From: the human T2T-CHM13v2.0 reference genome, Homo sapiens
Length of the DNA stretch: 64,000 nt
Strand: one strand, 5' to 3'
NCBI RefSeq assembly: GCF_009914755.1
Contig: NC_060936.1
Below the pieces are notes generated by a model. That model did no database searches, was not told the DNA's origin, and worked only from the letters and a program-made list of their open reading frames with translations. Below are positions 49,840-64,000 of this stretch, piece by piece. Each line of letters begins with the position of its first letter. Positions within the stretch are counted from its first letter, which is position 1. The position numbers and the translations under genes were made by a program.

Positions 49840-50010
49840 AGAGCCTGCTGTGCTCCAGGCATTGTTTGGGGCATTTTAAAACATTATCTCATTTAATTAT
49901 CCTAGCAACAGTAAAAGGCGGGTGTCATTTTACATGAAGAATTCGTGGCACAGACAGGATAAATTACTTGCCCAAATTCACACAACTAGTAATGGACAGA
50001 GGTTTTTCAC
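49840..50010 (-). mobile_element. MIR
   Basis: CATTATCTCATTTAAT...GGCACAGA...ACTTGCCCAAATTCACACAACTAGTAA. Confidence 0.75.
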
Positions 50011-50336
50011 ATAAGCTTTTTGGATGTGAATTGGAACACACTCGTCTCTGTGAATTCCCAAAGCTCTTGGGATAACAATACAAAACTTTGTCATGACCTA
50101 CAAGGGTTTGGATGGCGATTTCTCCGCTCTCTCACCCTACAACCAAACCCAGACAATTGGCATCCAGGGCCCAAGGTCCTGGCCACTCTGGCATACTGTC
50201 TCTGGGTTTCGAAACAGTTCATTTAGGATCCTTTATATACAACGAGTTACAAATCATATTCTGTGAGTTTCTGATCTAAGTTAACAGTTCTTTCTTACCA
50301 AGGAGACGATGAACACACACACAGACAAGAAAGAGC

Positions 50337-50885
50337 TGCAGGGAAGTAACAATAACCTCCAACAGGTTCTTAGTTGGAACGGACCCATCACAACAGACAA
50401 ACAGGAGAAAAACAGAAGTTTATTAATATGGATATTTTATACACGCATGGGGGACATCCAGAGAATGAGTTTTCAAAGAGGTGGCTTTAAGTTCCAGTTT
50501 ATATATAGCATCTTCAACAAAGAACAATAGATTTTTAGACAAGTGGCAAGACAACAAGAAAGGACTTTTTGAGTTTCTGTGAGCAGGCTGGCAACTCAAG
50601 GAAAAGCAAACAAACAGCAGATAAACGCTAGTTAGGAAAGCCTGCCAATGCAAATTCCTCTGGTTCCGACTCTAGGCTGATGAGGGTCTAAAGCTGTCTT
50701 CAGTGGTTAAACTTTTCTTGAGGGAAAAGGCGGGGGTTGGTGGCCAGGATATTTTTTGCCTTTGTAAATCTATGTCCTCCTTTTGGACAAATTGAGGCAG
50801 AGACCTCTCCTGTACCTGTTTCTTCTTGAGCATCTTCAGCTCAACAATCCTTCATATTTTGGGGAAGATATTCTGGTCTCCCACA
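50337..50885 (-). mobile_element. ERV1 solo LTR, MER34 family
   Basis: Reverse complement starts TGTGGGAGACCAGAATATCTTCCCCAAAATATGAAGGATTGTTGAGCTGAAGA; 4-bp TSD GAGC. Confidence 0.8.
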
Positions 50886-51771
50886 GAGCCTTTCAAAGAA
50901 GGTTCAGCTCTGGTCTGGGTTCCTCGTCTCTCACTATTATCTGAGTTTGTGTCTCCCACCCTCCTCTGAGTCCATACTGGTCTGTGGAAGAAGGCTGCTT
51001 CCCTGAATAAAGGCCCTAATGTTCTATTTGCACAAAGCTCAGTCTTTCTCTATGCTGAACTTGGCTTTATTACTAAGTGGCTGTGAGATTTTCATGTTGT
51101 CAACTCTCCTATCTCAGTTTCAGTTTCCTCATCTGTGCAAAATCAGTCATCCCCAAAGTGTTGCCCAGATCAAAAATTTTAGAATTCTATGAAGAGCTTT
51201 ACCCACTAGTAGAAGAGAGAATTAATACATTCATCAACGAGGACCCCATTTGCACTATTGTCCAGTATAATTATTTAAACTTTCTATCTTTGTGGCATTT
51301 ATGATTACTTATTGTAAATGAAACTGGTGTGAAGGACACACATTTTTAATGCCTTTAATTGTCATCCAAAGGCGCTTTCCAGCTGAAAAATTCCATGATT
51401 CTAAATGTGTATCATCAATTTCATGTCAGGCAGGATCAGAGGCTTGGTCAATATTATTTTTTCCACAGTGAAATTGTGTAAGGCAGGAGATCCTACTTAA
51501 GCTAACATATGTGTATCCTTCACAATGGAAGAATAAATAAAAGTATAAGTTGTGGATTTGCTAATAGTTTCTTCCTGCTAAAAATATTAACCTCTTCTAT
51601 TCCTTAACAATAACTTAACACATGTAGTTTTAGCTTAAAATTTTGGGGAACTTTTGGTGTCTTGAAGTATTTTCTGCAAATTTATTTCTCATCTCCAAAT
51701 TCTATGTCCCTTTTCTGAATGTTCTTGATGCTACATTTTCATGTATTCATCAACTTGAGATGTTTGGCTCC

Positions 51772-52074
<303 letters not shown>

Positions 52075-53902
52075 CTTTTCTACTGTTCTCTGAGCTCCCC
52101 AACATTTTCATATTTGCCAAATCACTGTTATGTACAGAGAAATCTCCATCAACTATTTCATTATTTGAAAGAAGCGACGCCAATAAAGAATTTACTCTCT
52201 GTTTACTTGGACATAAAGAGCTACTCCAAATTAAGACCTGACATTTTCTCATCTCCTTCTTTGCAATAAAAATAAAATTGAAATTAAACTGGGATAAGTG
52301 CAACACATTGTATCTAAGCAGCCATTGTCAAACTGTTTCTAAATATCAACAGTAAAAGCTCTAATCTGAGTCAATTTTGGAATGCACATATATTCCAAAG
52401 GGAAATGAATTTTCAAAATGGTATAGGACTCAACATCGCATATTTTAGTCTTCAGGCCAAGCAGGAAAATACTAACAAGCTACTTCTTCCAATTTTGCTA
52501 TTAATGCAAATTGATGTAAAACTACCTGCTATGGGCGAAACACTCAGCCTCTGCAAATGGTCTCATTCTGAAACTGTCAGTGTCAGAGAAATGGTGTTTC
52601 CCTTCCGCAGCTCATTGAAATGGAGATGGCATGGAATGGAGTAAAGGGATGGGGATCTGCTTTCTAATCAGGCAAAATTAGATTCATTTGAATTGGTGCA
52701 TGGACTGAAATGAAGGGAAAATCCAACCAGTGCCTATTTTTACCTCCTTAGACAGCCTTTGAGCAGCTAGGCATAGTAAAACCATACATGCTAAAATTTC
52801 CCACATTGATACAGAATTCATGAGGAAATTATTTTCACACTTTAATGGAATGGGTCTATTGCTTACATTATACAATGTAAGGGAAAAAATTACTAAACTC
52901 AGAAGCACATTTCCATATTTCTCATCAACTTAGTTTCTTTGATACAAACATAAGAAGCTACCCCAACTATTACAGAGCACATTTTGCAAATTTCACTAAT
53001 GCATCGTACTCATGTGACATCAAAAGCAAAAATATCAAAGCAAACACACAGACAACAAATGAAAGCAAACCTTTATAGTGTATCATTCAGTGAAAAATAC
53101 ATGTTCTAAAGAGTTGTGATATATGATACTACGGAACTATAATATATTCCAGTTTCTACAATTTCAGTTCTTTTCAGATTTGGTGTTTATAAAATAACCT
53201 AGTAAAGAAGTGGTAGGAGAAAGTGAAATTTTACACAGTGGATTATGTGAAACACAAACTAATGAAACCAGCCAAAGTTTCTGAGTTCTTTTTTTTTCCC
53301 AGCCTTCCCCCAGCCAAATGAGTTTTTAATTCATATAGGATTTTTAAAAATCATTTATTTAATTCTCCTATATTTTAGAATAATAGCGTTCCTAGGTTAG
53401 TAGTTTTCAGACTTTAAGTTTTCAGGACAGCAAAATTTCCCAAGGCAGTAGAAAGAGCTAACATAGAGTTGCCAAACTGTTAATTTTGCCAATAACAACA
53501 ATAACAAAAAGCTACCATTGCCATCATTTCAGACAGGAAAGGATATTTCCACACCAAAAATGTAGGAAGTTCATAATGTCAGAATACAAAAGAGCTCTTC
53601 CCAAGAAATACAATTTGTTAACCGTAGATAATTTTAAAGGATATACTTATAGTTTTATATACATTTAGAAACATTTATAACATTAAAATTTATTTTATAC
53701 TACAACAAATATTATGTTCCCTTGGTACAATTTTTTTTTAATTTGATAGCACTATATGTATTTCATACTCTGGTATTTGATAGCACCCATGATGAAGGGC
53801 TCTAAGGTGTCATTTGTTTTGGTGTTATATTTTTATCAGTGCCATCATGAAAAATTCTGTTTTACAGATATGAGCAAAAATAAAAACAATAGTCTTAATA
53901 GT

Positions 53903-54202
53903 GTTTTGTTTTTTGTTTTTGAGATGGAGTTTCACTCTTGTTGCCCAGTCTGGAGTGATGGTACGATTTGGACTCACTGCAAACTCTGCCTCCTGGGTTC
54001 AAGCGATTCTCCTGCCTCAGCCTCCAGAGTAGGTGGATTACAGGTGCCCGCCACCATGCCCAGCTAATTTTTTGTATTTTTAGTAGAGGCGGGGTTCCGC
54101 TATGTTGGTCAGGCTGGTGTCAACCTCTTTAGCTTGGGTGACTCATCCACCTCGGCCTCCCAAATATGCTGGGATTACAAGCATGAGCCACCATGCCCGG
54201 CC
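53903..54202 (-). mobile_element. AluS
   Basis: Full dimer. Confidence 0.92.
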
Positions 54203-54700
54203 TAATGCCGTTTCAATTATTCTGACATAGTCTAGGCAAATCAATATGCTCAGGAACAGTAGCTCCCACATTCTCAAGTCCTTCCTTTTACCTTGCTTAC
54301 AATGGGCAGGTAGAAAGGCCGGTTGAGCCAGGCCAGGTGGGTGGCTGGGACTCCGCAGGAAGTAAGCTCAGGACTCTCCTCAGTTATTGCCCCTCACTTT
54401 CAGGGCAGAACCATATGGTCTCCTTGCCTTACAGAGAGAAGCTGGGAATTTTTACAATAGGTGTTCTGTGGGCCAGTAAAAACTCTGGCCCTTCCCGGCA
54501 TTTGGGAACCATTGAAATGGGTCCTTTAGTCTTTGAATTCCTGAATTTTGTGTAATCCAGAGGAGCCTGAGACTCTGCGTGGCTATGGGTTGAATCCACA
54601 GCCATCAAAAAGCACCTTCCCACTGGTAAGTTAAACACAGTACAAAAAGCACTGGTTCTAGGGACAGAAAAGTTGTGTTCAAGTCTCTATTTAACATAGA

Positions 54701-55135
54701 CAGTTGACTCTTGAACAATGTGGAAGTTAGGGGTGTTGACCCTTCCAGGAGTTGAAAATCCAAGTATAACTTTTGACTCCCCACCAAAACTTAATTATTG
54801 ATAGCCTGCTGTTAACCAGAAGCCTTACTGTTAACATAAATAGTCAATTAACACATATTTTGTATATGTATTATATATTGTATTCTTACAAATAAAGTAA
54901 GCTAGAGAAAAGAAAATGTTATTAAGAAAATCATAAGGATGAGAAAATATATTTACTACTCATTAAGTGGATAATCACAAAGGTCTCATCCTCATCATCT
55001 TCACATTGAATAGGATGAAGAAGAGGAGGAAGAGAAGGGGTTGGTCTTGCTGTTTCAGGGGCAGCAGAGGTGGAAGAAAATCTGAGTTTAAGTAGACTCA
55101 CACAGTTCAAACCCATATTGTTTAAGAGTTAACTG
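54701..55135 (-). mobile_element. Tigger2a (MER28) TcMar DNA transposon
   Basis: TIRs CAGTTGACTCTTGAACAA and TTGTTTAAGAGTTAACTG, followed by TA; 435 bp. Confidence 0.9.
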
Positions 55136-55139
55136 TACT

Positions 55140-56345
55140 TGATTTCATAATGTTTTCTAATGTTTTTCTCATGTTCAGATGGGGGTTGTGGGGAGGAAGA
55201 CCACACAGATAAAGTGCAGTCAAGAATTCTTGATAGAATTTGGGAGGCCGAGGCGGGTGGATCACGAGGTCAGGAGATTGAGACCATCCTGGCAAACACA
55301 GTGAAACACCGTCTCTACTAAAAATACAAAAAATTAGCCAGATGCAGTGGTGGGAGCCTGTAGTCCCAGCTACTCAGGAGGCTGAGACAGGGGAATGGCA
55401 TGAACCTGGGAGGCGGAGGTTGCAATGAGCGGAGATCGCTCCACTGTACTCCAGCCTGGGCGACAGAGCGAGACTCCATCTCAAAAAGAAATAAAAAATA
55501 AAAAAGAATTCTTGATAGAATTCTCATCATATTCTATCAAGGTTACATAGTATCAATAGAACATCACTATTGATATCAACCTTGCTCAACTGGTTGAAAT
55601 AGTGTTTGTCACATTTCTTCATTGTGAAGTTACTTTTCCCTCTTTCCACACTACTCTTCAGAAGGAAGTCACTTAAAGAATGGGAAGCTATGTTCCACCT
55701 CCTTCAGGGTACAGTACCCTCATAAATTGTTTGAAATTCATTTACATGGAAGATTTGTCTATTCTCCTCCATCTATTTATTTATTTGACAATTTATTTAT
55801 ATCAATATGTTGTCATTAGTTTTCATTTCAACTGTTCTAATATGTGTATAGTAATGGTCTTAATTTGCATTTCCCTTAATGGCTAGTGATATTGAACATA
55901 TCTTCAAATGCTTGTTTGCCATCTTTGTATCCTCTCTGGTGAACTCTCTGGATGTCTTTTGCCAACTTTCAACTAGATTCTTTTTAATGTTGAGGTTCAG
56001 AGTTCTTTATATATTCCAGATACTAGTCCTTTGTCAGATGTGTGATTTGCAAATATTTCTCCCAGTCTTTAGCTTGTCTTTTTATCTTCAACAGGGTCTT
56101 TTGCAGAGTAAAACTTTTAAATTTTTGATAAAGTCCAATTTATTATTTTTCTAACGGTTTGTGCTTTTGGTATCACATTCAAGAACACTTTACCAAGCCC
56201 AAGGTCCCAAAGACTCTTCTATGTTATCTTCCAAAAGCTTCATAGTTTTGCATTTTACATTTACCTCTATAATTCATAATCAGTTAATTTTTGTATAAGG
56301 TATGAGATTTAGATGAAGATTTATTTTTGTCTATGAATATCTAAT
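55140..56345 (-). mobile_element. L1MC/MD-type fragment split by an Alu
   Basis: TTAATTTGCATTTCCCT..ATGGCTAGTGATATTGAACAT and CCTTTGTCAGATGTGTGATTTGCAAATATTT. Confidence 0.8.
55241..55503 (+). mobile_element. 5'-truncated AluY-like
   Basis: Starts at TGGGAGGCCGAGGCG. Perfect 19-bp TSD AAGAATTCTTGATAGAATT at 55222-55240 and 55504-55522. Confidence 0.93.
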
Positions 56346-56377
56346 GAGCCAAGAATAATTTTAAGGAAGTGATATCA

Positions 56378-56710
<333 letters not shown>

Positions 56711-56758
56711 AAGATAGAAGGCTAACAGATAATTCTTAAGTGTCAGAGTCCATGCTTA

Positions 56759-57248
<490 letters not shown>

Positions 57249-57896
57249 TCAGGGTGTAGAGAGGCAGCCTGTGAAAGCTGAGGTCAGAGAATGATGCAGG
57301 AGTGGGTGGAGAGAAAGCACATTGGTCAGGGGCTCAAGTGTTTTTGAATGAGCAGGAATGAGCGGAGGTCAAGGAGATGACTGGTCCAAGATGGGGGGAA
57401 AGGAGCAAGAGGAGACAGTGTCAGGAGGGAGGGAGAGAAATGCTTTGCAGTCAACAGTGAGGAGCCAGGGGGATGCTTTTTCTACTTCTTGGCCTTAGGG
57501 TGCAAGGGGGATGAGAAAGAAAAAACAAAACAAAACAAAAAACTATCCTGTCCTTGAAGAGGCAGTGGGGAAGGAAATGGCCTCAGAAGTCTTCCAATGT
57601 CCGTTAGAGCAAACAGGTGAAAGGAATATTTGGAGAAAATGCTGCATGAGATGATCCCAGGACAAGAGGCAGGAGGGCAGTTTCAGGAACTCAGAAATAC
57701 CAGGAATAGGAAGAAGGCTTTGAGTCACACTGGAGAGCAGAGCCCAAGTGACAGAGCTGCCCTTGGTTATCATGAAATTCTGAGGGATACGTCGTTGTTA
57801 GACTGGGCCTGAAAGTCAAGAGTGGAAGTTCTAAGAGTCCTCAGAGAAAAAGAGGGTGAGCTGATGTTCAGGCCTCTAACTGAGATAATTATGTGA

Positions 57897-58214
<318 letters not shown>

Positions 58215-58384
58215 AAGCACTTCATTTATAAAGCTGTGTCTTAAAAAGCTGGAAATCACTAGCTATTGTTAGGTGGTGAAAGGCATTACACAAAGCAAAT
58301 TAATATGTTTGATACTTGTTGTCCAGAAATTATATATTTATGATTATATCTACACACACGATAATATTAAAAAATATCCATTGT

Positions 58385-58552
58385 TGCTGGGAGCAGTGGC
58401 TCACTGCTATAGTCCCAGCTATTCTGGAGGCTGAGGATGGAGAATTGCTTGAGTCCCGGAGTTGGAGGTTACAGTGAGCTATGATCATGTCACTGCACTC
58501 CAGTTGGGGTGACAGAACAAGACCCTGTCTCTAAAAAATAAAAATAAAAAAA
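58385..58552 (+). mobile_element. Alu monomer (FRAM-like)
   Basis: Single arm; TSD AAAAA..TCCATTG. Confidence 0.8.
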
Positions 58553-59559
58553 TCCATTGGCCTAGACATAACAATTTCATGGTTAGTTATATAGACAAAT
58601 ATATAAATACACACATACACGTTAGCCAAAAATGGTAAGTTCAAGCAGCTGTAAAATAAAATGCAATCGGACATTTTACAGCTTGTATTTTAAGGTCCTG
58701 GCTCAGTTCAATCTGTCTTCTCACTGGTTCCTGCTTCTCTCTTCTTTGTTCTACTTCTATTTCTCACCATGTTTTGACAGGTGAGGTTGTTCATGCAAAG
58801 GGATCCAACAAAAATACAGGAATGCCACCTTTGCCTCCTCAACCAGGACAGAGCAACCCTCCCTTTCCTCCTTGCAACAAAGCAGGCAAAACACACATTC
58901 TCCTACCGCCCCACCATGAAGCTGAGGCACGAATGGCAGTGATGCTATTGTTTTGCTTGCAGGGAGGGAATTTTCATGCAATCAATAAGTCACCTGCCCT
59001 CTTTGCCCAGGATCAGCTCTCCACCCAAACCCCTGTGAGCTTCAGTGGTAGAATACTTCAAGCTTCAGCCAGCACAAACATGTCACAGCAAGAGGGACAG
59101 CGATTGTATTTGCACACACAATTTGTTTAAGTACAGGCTTTATTTGATCCTTAAAAAAAAAGAACAGCTTTGGTATTACATTACAACCAAAGGAATTTAG
59201 CCTTTAACCTGCAGTTTCCCTATTCTCAGTGATATAAAACCTTTTTCTGATAAGAGGTGAGGCCCAGTGAAATTTTATTCTTTTCCCTCTTTCCCGGAGG
59301 TGAGGTAATGAACTAACAACTTAATTAGACCCTGTTTTATACCAACTAAAATAATAGAAGGGAGTCTTTGGTAACATGGCAAAAAAAAAAAAAAACAAAA
59401 AAAAAACCCCAGGAACATCAGGCATCATAATACAGAGAATATATGATTAGAATTAATCAGGATATGGAAAGATATGTTTATCCTGTAGATACTTCACCCT
59501 GAAGCCATACCATTTTTATTTCCCCTCCATTGGGCATAATGGAAGGGACTTGAACCCTC

Positions 59560-59927
59560 TGCAATGGACTGAATATGCATTCCCCTGAAATTCATATGTT
59601 GGAGTTCTAATTCCCAAGGTGATGATATTAGGAATGGGGCCTCTGGGAGGTCGTTAGAGTTAGATGAAGTCCGGAGGGTGGAACCTTCATCATGGGATTA
59701 GTGCCCCATATAACAGGCCTCAGAGAGATCCCCTGCTTCTTCTAGCATGTGAGGTTACAGTGAGAAAACGACTGGCTATGAGGAAGCAGGCCCTCACCAG
59801 ACACTAAATCTGTCAATACCTTAATTTTGGACTTCCCAGCCTCCAGAACTGTGAGAAATAAATTTCTGTGTTTATAATCTACCCAGTCTATGGCATTTTG
59901 TGATAACAGCCTGAAGGGACTATGACA
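59560..59927 (+). mobile_element. MaLR solo LTR MLT1A/A0
   Basis: TGCAATGGACTGAAT...GGACTTCCCAGCCTCCAGAACTGTGAGAAATAAATTTCTG...GACTATGACA. Confidence 0.9.
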
Positions 59928-60025
59928 TTATTCCCCACTGCCCAGCTCCACTGAGAGCTTGAGAGCTAGGACTCTAGAGGACACCCGAGAGAGAGAGGCT
60001 GGCTGGAGAACAAAGGGAGATAGGC

Positions 60026-60057
<32 letters not shown>

Positions 60058-60216
60058 GGCCTTCTTGTTGCTCACAAAGGAGGAGGATTCTCATAGACTA
60101 ATTTCCACCAATGGAAAAAAATAAGAGCAGCTTTGCCCCATCCTCTGAACCCAGTGTCTCTCCAATCATCACACAGCAAGGTTTTTTGTTTTTGTTTTTG
60201 TTTTTCAGGTAATGGT

Positions 60217-60715
60217 CTGTGTATTTGTTTTCTATGCTGTGTGACAAACTACCACACGCTTAACAGCTTAAAGCAACACATGCTTATTATCTCACATGCT
60301 CTTTGAGTCAGGAGCCTGAACACAGCTCTGCTGGGTTCTGTCCTTAGGGTCTCACCTGGTGGCAATCAAGGTGTTGGTCAAGGTTGGGTTCTCATCAGAG
60401 GCTTGACCAGGTAAAGATCTCTGTGCATACTCCCTCAGGTTGTTGAATTTATTTCTTTGCCATTGTAGGGTTCATGGCAACTCAATTCTTCAAAGTCAGC
60501 AACAGAGAGAGAAAGAGAGAGAGAGAGAGAGACTCTACCTGGGTCTACTAAGAAAACAGAGTTCTACATGAACAAACATGATCTTGGGAATGACACCCCA
60601 TTACCTTTGCCATATTCCACTGGTTACAGGCAAGTCACAGGTCCTGCCTACACTCAAGAGGGCAGAAACTTCAGGAGATAGAGATCCTGGGTACCACCAT
60701 AAAGTCCATCTGTGT
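60217..60715 (-). mobile_element. MaLR LTR (MLT1F/G-type) with internal (GA)n
   Basis: CAAACTACCACA..CTTAACAGCTTAAAGCAACAC and GCAAGTCACAGGTCCTGCCTACACTCAAG. Confidence 0.75.
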
Positions 60716-60879
60716 CTCTCTAGTCTAGAAATTTAAGGGTATAGCCAAGGAGTTCTAGAAGCAACATTTGTAGAAGAATCATAAAACGAGGGTAGATATT
60801 TTAAGTCTACACACATATTCACACACCCTAACCTACAAATAAAATAAAGGTAGGAGTTTTTCTTGGTGGTCAATGGCAT

Positions 60880-61090
60880 GAGATATTGTAGTCATGCAGT
60901 GTGGCTTTGCATCTCTGATCTATAATTTATTGGTTGCTTAACTTTACTAAGCCTCAGTTCCCATCTTTAAAATGGGAATCATGGTACTTATCTTTGAAGC
61001 TGTTATGAAAATTAAATTAGATAAAGTAGACAAAACACTTAGCACAATGTCTGGCATAAAAGTGCTCAAAAAATGATTGCTATTGTATCC
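60880..61090 (+). mobile_element. MIR
   Basis: AAGCCTCAGTTCCCATCTTTAAAATGGGAAT...AACACTTAGCACAATGTCTGGCA. Confidence 0.8.
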
Positions 61091-61124
61091 GGGTAAGATC
61101 CTGAGGTGCCTCAAACAAAGTAGA

Positions 61125-61448
61125 ATTTTATTTTTTTAGTTTTATATACTTAATTAACTAACTAATTTTTGGAGACAAGATCTCCAAAAGTCACTCAAGC
61201 TGGAGAGCAGTAGTGCGATTATGGCTCACTGCAGCCTGTAGCTCCTGGGCTCAAGCTATCTTCCCACCTCAGCCTCCTGCATAGCTGAGACTACAGGCAT
61301 GTACCACCATGCTAACTTTTTTTTTTTTAGTAGAGCTGGGGTCTCAATATGTTGCCCAGGCTGGTCTCAAACTCCTCGGCTCAACCCATACTCTCACCTT
61401 GGCCTCCCAAAGTGCTGAGATTACAGGGGTGAGTTACTGCACCCAGCC
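61125..61448 (-). mobile_element. AluJ
   Basis: Diverged dimer. Confidence 0.9.
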
Positions 61449-62689
61449 CAAGGTATGATGTTCTCTAGACACAGATAACTTAATCTTCAAGGTTGGGTTC
61501 CTTCTGAGATCTAAGAGGTTTGACACCATTTTGGCTCCATGCTTCCCTCAAAACCATGGTCTTTTTAACCTCCTGAGTGGCTCTACCAGGATCTCAGCCT
61601 ACCTTTTCCTGTATCTTCATCAATGGAACCGGTAAACTTTTGCAATGCTGAGTTCAAAGTCCCTGCAGACCTTCACACTTCATAACTGGAATGCCCTGGA
61701 GGAGGCTGGCCTCTTTCCTACCCACCTATGCCTCCACCCATCCTGTCCTTAGGCAGACACCTACGGGTCCTAGCTGACTGTCTTAGCACAAGCTTCCTAT
61801 ATGCTAGACCTGCTTAGACCTTGGAACCTGGCTCCTGAGATGGATTCACTCAATTATTCACTCACTAAACACCTAGGTGACACTTACCAAGTGCCAGACA
61901 CAGAGCTAGTTTGAAAGAGAGAGAAGAGTGATGAAGACAGAACCCTCTCTTCAAGCAGGCCATTGGCCAATGGAGAGGCAGACACACACCAACAGAGTAA
62001 AGCCAACACTTGACTTTGGACAGGAATATATCGGACATCTTACACCAATCCCTCAGCCTGTGAAAATGCAATGATCAGCCGGGCCCCTTGCTTTCTCCCA
62101 TGTCTCAGTTCCATCAAGATTCATGCTTTCTGTACGGTCTCACACCACTTGTGCATTTCCAACTTCTACTACAGTTTTATGCCTCACGTGATAAGCAGTT
62201 TTTGTGCTAGCTGTTTAGTAAATGTTTAGTACTTACTAAAACATTTCATACACCATGTTTTCCTTTCTCCGCAGAACGTGTGTGATGGACTTATGGACTC
62301 ATTCACTGCATCGATCTTGGGCACTGCCCAGCTTCATGTTCCACTCTCCCGTTTATCCCAAATTGCTGAGGATTTCCTAAGAACCATCACTTTCCAGAGC
62401 TCATTATTTTCTGTTATTTGCCTCAGCAGCACAAGCTGTTTTCACAAAGAAATAAAGGGTCTTCTATTCCAGAAGAGTTCTTCTATGCATGTAGGTGAGC
62501 AGACAGTGCAGAGCCATGCTGAGGTGTGTGTGCCTTGCTGTCACTGTCTCTCCTCCGGGAGGAACACTAGGCTCCTGTACACCAGGCTTCCCACAGCCCA
62601 GGAGGAACACATCCACGCCTTGCCAGTCATTTGCATCTTAGTAAGACTAAAACTAATAAAACTAACAATAAAACTTAAAATAGATTGAA

Positions 62690-62880
62690 GGATTACAGTA
62701 TGCCAAGCATATATGTATTGTGTTATTTGGCCCTCACAGTCACCTTTTGAGCTAGGCACCAGTACCAGCTTTAAGAGCTCAGGAAGCTGAGGTGTCAAGA
62801 TTTTAAGTCATTTGCTCAAGGTCACACAGCTAGGAAGTGTAGTGGGAGAGTCAGTCCCCCATTTGTCCAATGCAGTGCTG
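62690..62880 (-). mobile_element. MIR
   Basis: GGAAGCTGAGG...AAGTCATTTGCTCAAGGTCACACAGCTAG. Confidence 0.75.
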
Positions 62881-63539
62881 TCGCCCAAGTGTGAAGAGGG
62901 ATGTGCGGGTCTGAGAACAAAGTTAGCCTGCTTAGTACTTTGTCCAAGGTCAGCCCTGGCTCCAAGCCCAAGAAACAAGGCAGGATCAGCAGCCACAAAG
63001 TCCAACAGTCAGCCAGGCTCCCATACTGCAGGGGTCTCTATCACAGCCCAGCTCTGGATATGGGCAAATGAAAGCTAGCAGCAGAGTACCCAGGCTACCT
63101 CTGCACAGGGAGTGACTGCGGAACTTCAAGAACAAAAGAGAGGCAAAAGATGTGGGGTGGCCTGTCTGGGAGGGACTAGGGAACAGGGACACCTTGCAGA
63201 TAACTCTCAGGACTGAGGAGTAAATATCTTTTATTAAACAAAGCTTATAATTCTGACTCTAAGCCTGGCGTTCCTAACAATGGCAGGGACTGATGGCTGT
63301 GAAAGGCACTAATCAGACACAGTAGATTCGTGTTTACACTGGGAAGGGCCGCTGATCCCGCATAGGCCTTTGAAGCCACCCGTGCTCACACAGATTGTAA
63401 TGCACTATGAAGTCATGTCTTCAAATAAAAGGGAGGAGTTGAAATAGACCTGTCTAGCCAGTTATTTCTCTAAGGCACTTCAAAGAAACATTTTCTTTGA
63501 TCGTTTTGACTTTCCATCTATAAGAAATGTGAACATATT

Positions 63540-63820
63540 ACTCATAGAAATTGCTGAGAGACCTCAGGCTGATGGGGGCTTCAGTTTGACCCATCGCCAG
63601 TGAAATGGGAAGGATAAGGTAGGGAAGGGCACACTGGTTCTTAAAACTTCCACCAGGAAGTGACACACATCCCCCACTCCCTCACATTTCACTGGCCAAA
63701 GCAAGTCACCTGGCTTATCTAACTTCAAGGGGAGCAGAGAAACACCATCCCACCACATGCTGAGAGGGAGGGTGGGCAGATACTCATGACCCCCAGTAAA
63801 CAGCACTGATGACTAACACA
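63540..63820 (-). mobile_element. Old MLT1 (J-type) fragment
   Basis: GGAAGTGACACACATC...CACATTTCACTGGCCAAAGCAAGTCACCTGGC. Confidence 0.7.
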
Positions 63821-64000
63821 AAGGCCAAGTGATAAGGAGGTTGTTTTTAGGAGGTCAAATGAAGGAGTATATTCTTCAAGAAAATAAGGCACTGATGAGC
63901 TTTGTTACATCTCCACAGTAATTTCTAAAATGGAATTTCCCCATGAAGGCCTTTAATATGAGCATTACAATTGTTTAAGAAAACAAAGTGTCCTGATTTG

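Noticed and set aside
58774-59130. 118-aa Pro/Gln-rich ORF (also the 136-aa ORF at 62278-62688)
   Set aside because: Non-ATG starts, no recognisable family, and lengths expected by chance. An unrecognised exon cannot be excluded without a search.
60026-60051. Isolated long poly(T) run
   Set aside because: No adjoining element body, poly(A) signal or clear TSD; treated as a simple homopolymer.

Overview
Repeat-dense primate (human-like) genomic DNA with no supportable protein-coding gene. The longer ORFs in the track trace to Alu, L1 or LTR sequence, and the short ORFs in unique DNA have no recognisable product. The window holds roughly 55 Alu/FLAM pieces and one full-length but disrupted L1PA15/16-type LINE (about 20860-28420). 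It also has a 5'-truncated L1PA8-type LINE, old L1M/L2/CR1/MIR fragments, many LTRs (LTR7-family, MER4A, two MLT2A, LTR8, MER34, MER39, MER67-like, MLT1) and DNA transposons (MER53, MER33, MER5A, Tigger2a). Subfamily names are from memory of consensus sequences, and repeat edges without a stated TSD are approximate. The notable signals are non-canonical products of L1-type retrotransposition that a repeat masker would split up or miss. These are a ~960-bp TSD-flanked, polyadenylated retrocopy of what looks like a spliced, TE-built non-coding RNA (33300-34258), an L1 3' transduction (7933-7994), and a 22-bp tailless U2 snRNA retro-fragment lacking most of stem-loop I (39403-39424). There is also a 46-bp orphan poly(A) insertion (10852-10897) and a possible old 3'-UTR retrocopy starting at 5721. 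Two fold-back or templated-repair scars occur, one in an Alu (12089-12196) and one in L1 ORF2 (25681-25724).
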